From Promethearchaeota archaeon (GTDB taxonomy: Archaea; Asgardarchaeota; Lokiarchaeia; Sigyniarchaeales; SOKP01), in contig JAHPZE010000002.1 in assembly GCA_019058365.1 (NCBI GenBank), positions 192,001 to 256,000 of the forward strand: a stretch of 64,000 bases of DNA, in the 5' to 3' direction. This document shows positions 61,105 to 64,000 of this stretch, piece by piece (the stretch's first letter is position 1; every line of letters begins with the position of its first letter). Below the pieces are notes generated by a model. That model ran no database searches. It saw nothing but the letters and a program-made list of their open reading frames with translations, and was not told where the DNA came from. The translations under genes and the position numbers were made by a program.

Positions 61105-62322
61105 ATGAGTGAAGAAAAAATACAAGTTTATGGATATCGATGGGTAGTGCTATTATTATTCATGTTAGTAAATATAACAGTACAAATACTTTGGATAACT
61201 TTTGCTGCTGTCACTATACCAGCACAAATATACTTTGGTGTAGCTGATGAACTATATATATTTCTTCTTTCTGCTATTTTTATGATAATATACATACCAG
61301 ATACCTTTATAGCTTCATGGCTAATTGATAAATATGATTTTAAAATAGGTTGTGGGATAGGAGCAGTTTTGATAGCTATTTTCGGTTTCCTACGTTTTTT
61401 TGCCGGTCCAGATTATTTTCTGATGCTAATTTTTACTATTGGTATAGCGATTGGGCAACCATTTATTATGAACAGTATAACCAAATTATCTGGTAATTGG
61501 TTTGCGAAATCTGAACGAACAACTGCAACAGGGCTTGGTACACTTTCAATGTTTATTGGAATTTTACTTGGGATGCTCTTAACACCATTTCTTATTGTCG
61601 GTAATGATCTTAGCTCAATGTTACTCATCTATGGAATCTTAAGTCTATCAATGGGAATCCTCTTTATTGTATTTGTAAAAAGTAGACCACCTACACCCCC
61701 TTCCTCAGAACCATTCAGTGAAAAGGTCCTAATGTTTGAAGGCCTGAAAAAATTGTTTACAAATAAACATTTTCTAATTTTGGTTTTTCTATACTTCTTG
61801 GGATTAGGAATTTTTAATATGATTACCACGTATATTCAGGTAATTCTAACTCCAAAGAACCCCGCAGTATATGATGAGACTTTTGCAGGGATTGTTGGTG
61901 GAATTATGCTTCTTGGAGGAATTTTTGGTGCTATTATTATGTCAGCTCTTTCTGATAAATTTCAGAAAAAAGTAGTTTTAATAATAATTTCTGTTGCAAT
62001 TGCTACCATTTCTTTATTCATATTTGCTTTTGTAATTGATGAAACATCACTAATGGTCAGTGCTTTCTTATTTGGTTTTGGATTACTTGGCGCTGCTCCA
62101 GTTGCATTGGAATATGCAGTAGATATCACAAAACCAGTTCCAGAAGCAAGTTCGAATGGAATCTTGATGATGGTTGGACAAATTGGAGGGATTGTCTTTA
62201 TCCTTGGTCTAGCAAATTTTACATTACCAAGCGGGAATTATCTGCCAGCATTACTCTTAGAAGCTATTTTAATTGCTATTGCCTTAGTGTTATCATTCTT
62301 TCTTAAAAAAGTGAAAAAATAA
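61105..62322 (+). CDS. MFS transporter
   Basis: About 12 TM segments; YRWVVL, WF...ER. Confidence 0.88.
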   Translation: MSEEKIQVYGYRWVVLLLFMLVNITVQILWITFAAVTIPAQIYFGVADELYIFLLSAIFMIIYIPDTFIASWLIDKYDFKIGCGIGAVLIAIFGFLRFFAGPDYFLMLIFTIGIAIGQPFIMNSITKLSGNWFAKSERTTATGLGTLSMFIGILLGMLLTPFLIVGNDLSSMLLIYGILSLSMGILFIVFVKSRPPTPPSSEPFSEKVLMFEGLKKLFTNKHFLILVFLYFLGLGIFNMITTYIQVILTPKNPAVYDETFAGIVGGIMLLGGIFGAIIMSALSDKFQKKVVLIIISVAIATISLFIFAFVIDETSLMVSAFLFGFGLLGAAPVALEYAVDITKPVPEASSNGILMMVGQIGGIVFILGLANFTLPSGNYLPALLLEAILIAIALVLSFFLKKVKK

Positions 62323-62534
62323 TTCAAAAATTTCTTTTTTTTTCTCTTTATCTCATTAAAGTCAAAAATTTTACAATAGTAATAGTTTTATCAAGTTTTA
62401 TTTCCTAAAATCCTCTTCTCTTGATTAATAAATTCACTAAGTTATATAAAAAATATTGACATAGATGTAAAAATGAGTTACTAATCCTTTTATCTTTTAA
62501 AAAATCTTTTATAAATTTAGTAAATTATGGGTAA

Positions 62535-63722
62535 ATGAAAATTATGAAAACGATAGAAATTAATGCTGAATGGGATCCAAAACCAGGATTTAAATTAGGA
62601 TCAAAAGATATAGAAGGAAAGCTAACTTATTTAGGCTCGCAAGTGTGGCGTAATCCTGTTGTTGAAGTAGTAGAAAAACCAAAGCCTCAAATTAAATCAA
62701 ACGAAGTATTGATAAAAGTGAAACGATGTGGTATTTGTGGAAGTGATGTACACATGGCTCAAACATATGAAGATGGATATATTTATTATCCAGGATTAAC
62801 AGCTTTTCCAGCAACCCTTGGACATGAGTTTGCTGGTGAAGTTGTTGAAGTTGGAAGTCTAGCAATTAATAAAAGAACTGGAAAGCTTTATGAAAAAGGG
62901 GAACCTGTTACAGTTGAAGAAATGGTCTGGTGTGGCGAGTGCAAGCCTTGTTGCGATGGATACCCTAATCATTGTGAAAGACTACAAGAAATTGGTTTTT
63001 CTATTGATGGGGCTTATGCTGAATATATTGCTGTACCTGCCAAATTATGTTGGAGTTTAAAGAAGTTGGAAGATAAATATGATGATATTTTTAAGATAGG
63101 GAGTTTAGTAGAACCAACTTCAGTGGCATATAACGCAGTTATTGAAAGAGGTGGTGGAATTCGACCAGGGGAGAATGTAGTAATTCTGGGAGCTGGTCCT
63201 ATTGGTTTAGCAGCGGTAAAAATTCTAAAAACTGCTGGAGCAGCAGTATGTATTGTTTCAGAACCCGAAGAAAGCCGAGCATCATTAGTTAAAAAAATGG
63301 GTGCTGATTATGTGATAAATCCTCTTAGGGAAAATTTTGTTGAAAAAATTAAAGAATACACTGATAATGAAGGAGCTGCAATATATCTCGAAGCAACAGG
63401 ATTACCTGCTATTGTAACAAATGATATACAAAATGCAATATGGGAATGTAAAGCTGTTAATAGCACTGTAGTTATCGTAGCCAGAGCGGAGCAAAATATG
63501 CCAGTTTGTGGTGAATATTTCCAAGTAAAGAGAGCTCGTATTGTTGGTTCTCAAGGTCATTCTGGACATGGTAATTTTCCTAATGTAATAAGTTGCATGG
63601 CTGCTGGAATGGATATGACACCAATGGTTACAAAGGAAATTTCTCTTAATGATGTTCCTAAATATCTTAAACTTTTACAGACAGATAAAGAAAATTGTAA
63701 AATTTCAGTTAAAATAGCTTAA
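62535..63722 (+). CDS. iolM: scyllo-Inosose 3-dehydrogenase (Zn-dependent)
   Basis: AEWDPKP...GSQVWRNP, CGICGSD, GHE, GSQGHSGHG; inositol gene context. Confidence 0.82.
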   Translation: MKIMKTIEINAEWDPKPGFKLGSKDIEGKLTYLGSQVWRNPVVEVVEKPKPQIKSNEVLIKVKRCGICGSDVHMAQTYEDGYIYYPGLTAFPATLGHEFAGEVVEVGSLAINKRTGKLYEKGEPVTVEEMVWCGECKPCCDGYPNHCERLQEIGFSIDGAYAEYIAVPAKLCWSLKKLEDKYDDIFKIGSLVEPTSVAYNAVIERGGGIRPGENVVILGAGPIGLAAVKILKTAGAAVCIVSEPEESRASLVKKMGADYVINPLRENFVEKIKEYTDNEGAAIYLEATGLPAIVTNDIQNAIWECKAVNSTVVIVARAEQNMPVCGEYFQVKRARIVGSQGHSGHGNFPNVISCMAAGMDMTPMVTKEISLNDVPKYLKLLQTDKENCKISVKIA

Positions 63723-63816
63723 AGTTTCTTAAAACACATAATGTTTTTGAAAGTTTTGATAATAAGAGACAATCAAAATTTTTTTATATCATTTTCATTA
63801 TTCTATTAATTCATTT

Positions 63817-64000
63817 TTATAAGATTAATCGTAAATATTCTGATGATTCTTTAGCAACATCTTCAAATGAAGGTTTCATTATTGTTTCAATTGAGGCAAA
63901 CCCATCATAACCAGCTTTTTTAAAAATATTCAGAAACGTTCTAAAGTCAAAATGACCTGTTCCTGGAGCTCTACGGGTGCAATCTGCAAGATGTATATGA
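63817..64000 (-). CDS. Sugar phosphate isomerase/epimerase (IolO-like), C-terminal part
   Basis: Manual translation HIHLADCTRRAPGTGHFDF...GYDGFASIE...*; start lies beyond the window. Confidence 0.8.
   Translation of the reverse strand, partial: HIHLADCTRRAPGTGHFDFRTFLNIFKKAGYDGFASIETIMKPSFEDVAKESSEYLRLIL

Noticed and set aside
5885-61829. Short ORF-track entries antisense to or nested in real genes (e.g. 5885-6067, 28609-28803, 48602-48979, 50420-50791)
   Set aside because: Shadow ORFs of well-supported genes with no motifs
1-64000. CRISPR array, rRNA, intact transposase or integrase
   Set aside because: No regularly spaced repeats, long GC-rich RNA gene or recombinase motifs were found

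Overview
AT-rich archaeal chromosome segment, most likely Lokiarchaeia/Asgard (inferred from roadblock and longin-like proteins, Loki-CTERM-type surface proteins, CdhE and archaeal translation genes). Mostly housekeeping genes: IscS/IscU/TusA, RNase Z, aIF-1A, S26e, TrmY, Gar1-TFB, ArcS-RaSEA, AhcY, DnaG, the S19e...FtsY-SecE cluster, Rpp21 and Nep1. It also holds an ECF Ni/Co transporter, small accessory inserts and a Thermotoga-type inositol cluster. Main observations: (1) a tRNA-Phe(GAA) gene split by four non-canonical introns (55478-55668); (2) repeated evidence for AUU/AUA start codons behind GGTG(A) Shine-Dalgarno sites; (3) a 2.3-kb island bounded by a duplicated 3' end of an ArsA/Get3 gene; (4) a candidate ~145-nt structured RNA upstream of a corrinoid gene; (5) an in-frame TAG at a conserved Trp in a MalY/PatB gene; (6) a longin-like plus roadblock cluster. 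All calls come from reading motifs by eye; no searches were run.
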